Assembly: GCA_905178155.1 (NCBI GenBank)
Contig: CAJINV010000009.1
Coordinates: forward strand, 2,581,373 to 2,645,372
Reading direction: 5' to 3'
Source: Amoebophrya sp. A120
Lineage: Eukaryota > Protista > Dinoflagellata
DNA: 64,000 bases
Numbering within the stretch: position 1 is the first letter of the stretch; each line of letters begins with the position of its first letter. The translations under genes and the position numbers were made by a program. The notes below the pieces were generated by a model that saw only the letters and a program-made list of their open reading frames with translations, did no database searches and had not been told where the DNA came from. Below, one piece after another: positions 61,301-64,000 of this stretch.

Positions 61301-64000
61301 CAATTAAGCTGCTTCGCATGACAAATATCCGAAGGGCTAAGCAGCATCTAAATCTGTGGCAAATCTGTAATGCAAAATGCGCGATCTTTCCCCTTTCACT
61401 GTCGCCATCTTGCATTGCAAATTCATCTTCATGTAGCAGCTGAGAGTGTGACAGTTGAGAACGCCATAGCTGCGGGAAAACTTGGGAGTGCGGGACGGTT
61501 TGGAGGAGGAAGCCGTTTTCTGATATGGATGTGTCAGGATCGAAATCGTCAAAGTCTACATAATTTGTAATGCATAAAATGCATGACGCGAGGCGCGTGC
61601 ATTGCAGAGCAGGCAAGTGAGGCCGATTGTAAGCCTGCTTGGGGCTAGAGCTCGAGCTGCTAAAGTAGCATGAGAAAATCAGTCTTCTTTGCCTAAGCAG
61701 CATGACAAACTGGATTTAGGGACCGCCAAAATTTGTCATACGCCATTTGGAAACTGGGTTCCAACTGGCATCCATCTATATGCATGACAAACTAGTATTT
61801 CAACTTTGACGATTTCGATCCTGACACTCTCATATCTGAGGCGGAGTTGACCAAAAACAGCGTGAATTTCGCTGCGCAGATGTTGCTGCAGAGGATCCAT
61901 TCTAGGGACAAGTGAAATGGATTGTCCGGGTGGTAGTGGGAGTCGAGCTGCAGTTGGATCCACTCGTTTGTAGTAGACGCTGGCTGTTTATGCATTGCAA
62001 ATATGTGTGGGTCTGGAAGCATGCGAACTTGTGATGCGCATTTCACACCACAGATAAATCTCTCATGCATAGGCAGCAAAAGGCGCCCGCTTCCTGTCAC
62101 CAAAATGGGGGATTTGTCATACGGATTAAGCAGTGCGGAAGCTTCTCGAAATCTGTGATGCTAGGGCTTCCATGACAGACATTTTGTGTCATGCAAAAAC
62201 AGCATGACAAAAATCTGCACTCTTCCAGACCCAGACACTTTTGCATTTAATACTGTTTTCGTGGGACTGGTCGGGTTGATGCTGGAACACCGTTGTTCGC
62301 CGCGCTTGCCGCAGCAAAAGCACCACGCTGATGCGTAGTTCCAGTCGCCGCACCACCGGGAACATATCGACCGGAGGCGGCGCCACCAGTGCTCGAATGT
62401 AAAGACGCCGTGGGGGAAGTTTGCCCCTGAAGATTTGGGTCTCCAACACCCCCAGCTGCACGATGTTGATCCCTAGAAGTTGTTGTAGTTGTCCCTTGAG
62501 GATGACCTCCTCCCTTTGCAGCAGTAGAACTCACCTGGATATTGTGCCACGTTCGCATCCACCGAACCGGAATCTTCGCAGTCTGTCTTGTAATCTTCGA
62601 AGATTTCGTACTGTAGCCGATTCTGTATATCGTTTGTGGTTTGCCCTTCTCAAATTCTTCCTCCTCCTCATCGCTCCTCAGCACGGTCGTGCTGCCAATC
62701 GTGCCTTCCGTGCCCGTCGTCGCTGACCGGAGACGGTTCTCGGTTAGGGGAGGGTGGGTCGGAGGAACTATTGTTCCAGAAGATCGTACACCTCCTGCGG
62801 CGGACGAGTCTTGCTTGTGCTGTTCCTGGTGATCGAAAGCTTCATCATCTTCCGCAGTAAAATGAAAAATCGCTTCATCCTCATCATACACCTTCGGCAC
62901 AGAAATCGGCAACGAATACCGACTTTCCTCTTCCCTCAAAGCCGGATTCGACGCGGCGAGGATTGACGGTTTCTTCTTCGTATGCAGTGCAAAAGTATCG
63001 CGCTCGTACTACTTAACTGCACTAATGCATTAGATATTCCGCATCGCAAATCTAATCTGTAACGCTGAGCCAAGTTGCATTGCACGTTTATACTAGTACG
63101 ATACTTTTGCAATTCATACTTCGGCGCATTTGCGTACAAATAGTGCTCGACTTGCTTCTTCCACGAATCAAACTTCCGGATCAACCGCTTCCTCCTTTTG
63201 TACTCTTGAACGGCCGCGGGAATCGACTTCGTCTGGGGGTAGTTGCTGTGGAGAGAGTAGGCGTCGTCGACGAGTTTAGTAGAATTTTGATGCGTCTTGA
63301 TGTTCTGGTGGCCTTCTTGCTCTTGAAATTTATTGGTATTTTTACCACCCCCGTCAGCTCCACCTGATGTTGTTGACACAGACGCTGCGAACGGCCACTC
63401 CCCCACGGTTAACTTCTTTTTCACTTTTCGCTGCTCCAGCTTGTCTTTTTCGTTTATCGGGACAAGGACAAAAACAATCGACCGGAGCACCGAGCGGAGT
63501 CGATACCAGGGAAAATTCTGCTCGGTGGCTTTCTTACTGGCAAGGGACAAGCTGGAGGCAACAGCACGCGACGTAGCACCCTCTCCAAGTAGGTCGCCGT
63601 CACTGCCGACGAAATTCTTTTCATACAAAAACGCCGGCGTCGCTGCTGGCATATGGGGTTCTCAAACGTTCCATTCTCAACTGTTGCATGAATTTGTCAT
63701 GCAAAAATACCATTATCATCCACAAGACCAAGCCGCCTCGCATGACAAATTTGCGAAGGGCTACTAGGCAGCACCTAAATCTGTTCGGGATTTGTGATGC
63801 TACAGGCGCAACCTTCCCCCTTTCACTTTTGCCATTCTTGCATCACAAATCCATGTAATCGGTGAGAATGTAACAGTTGAGAACGCCATATGGCAAAGGG
63901 TGTGCTTGGGACACGATTTGGTCCACTGTGTTCCACGGGATGACGTCCGGTTGGCAGAAAGTCAAATGCAAATGTGTCTGGGTCTGGAAAGTTGGAACTT
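58377..64000 (-). CDS. Probable DEPDC5/IML1-like (GATOR1) protein, C-terminal part; 5' end outside the window (gene 9)
   Basis: Spliced EWIQLQLDSHYHPDNPFHLSLEWILCSNICAAKFTLFLVNSASE|NGFLLQTVP and GWVFMEP|QSGLFFVTV..HVYWN resemble the DEPDC5/Iml1 C-terminal domain (from memory). Confidence 0.55.
58802..58975. mobile_element. Introner family A
   Basis: Perfect DR CGGCT. Confidence 0.85.
59485..59737. mobile_element. Introner family B (in frame, stop-free)
   Basis: Perfect DR CGTGT. Confidence 0.85.
60741..60980. mobile_element. Introner family C
   Basis: Perfect DR CCGGA. Confidence 0.9.
61244..61468. mobile_element. Introner family C
   Basis: Perfect DR GCTGC. Confidence 0.9.
61524..61834. 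mobile_element. Introner family D
   Basis: Perfect DR TCTGA. Confidence 0.9.
61989..62252. mobile_element. Introner family B
   Basis: Perfect DR CTGTT. Confidence 0.9.
62981..63118. mobile_element. Introner family A
   Basis: Perfect DR CTTCG. Confidence 0.9.
63652..63890. mobile_element. Introner family C
   Basis: Perfect DR TGGCA. Confidence 0.9.
63961..64000. mobile_element. Introner family B, left end only (cut by the window edge)
   Basis: TCAAATGCAAATGTGTCTGGGTCTGGAA. Confidence 0.75.

Noticed and set aside
1103-63767. Many short ORFs sharing peptides such as CAKVSYS, FQTQTFLHLI, MTNL and VENVTFEN
   Set aside because: These are translations of introner TIRs and internal motifs, not a protein family.
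393-63890. CRISPR array or bacterial REP/IS interpretation of the recurring 20-40 bp repeats
   Set aside because: The repeats are paired inverted termini of dispersed elements, with no regular repeat-spacer period, no cas genes and a eukaryotic gene structure.

Overview
Eukaryotic, intron-rich DNA, most consistent with the parasitic dinoflagellate Amoebophrya (A120-type; inferred from intron architecture, not from a marker gene). About 9 protein-coding genes all lie on the minus strand: a TspO/MBR-like membrane protein, an intronless MCW...WCW membrane protein, a C2/coiled-coil/GAS2 protein, a probable DEPDC5/IML1-like C-terminus, a CaaX-ending protein and several unknowns. The dominant feature is about 85 MITE-like 'introner' elements from at least 12 families, mostly 140-320 bp. 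They have TAT...ATA terminal inverted repeats (TIRs) and a 5-bp target-site direct repeat (DR), lack GT-AG ends, occur in both orientations and lie only inside gene bodies. At the junctions I translated, removing the element plus one 5-bp DR usually restores the reading frame. Nearly all families share an internal GCAT(G/T/C)ACAAA motif. Atypical members include a 1.4-kb cargo-carrying copy, a 796-bp GC-rich copy with 43-bp TIRs, a 423-bp copy with four 33-bp repeats, and decayed copies that appear to have become canonical GT-AG introns. Two unexplained GC-rich intergenic blocks are also present. All coordinates and gene models were read by eye.
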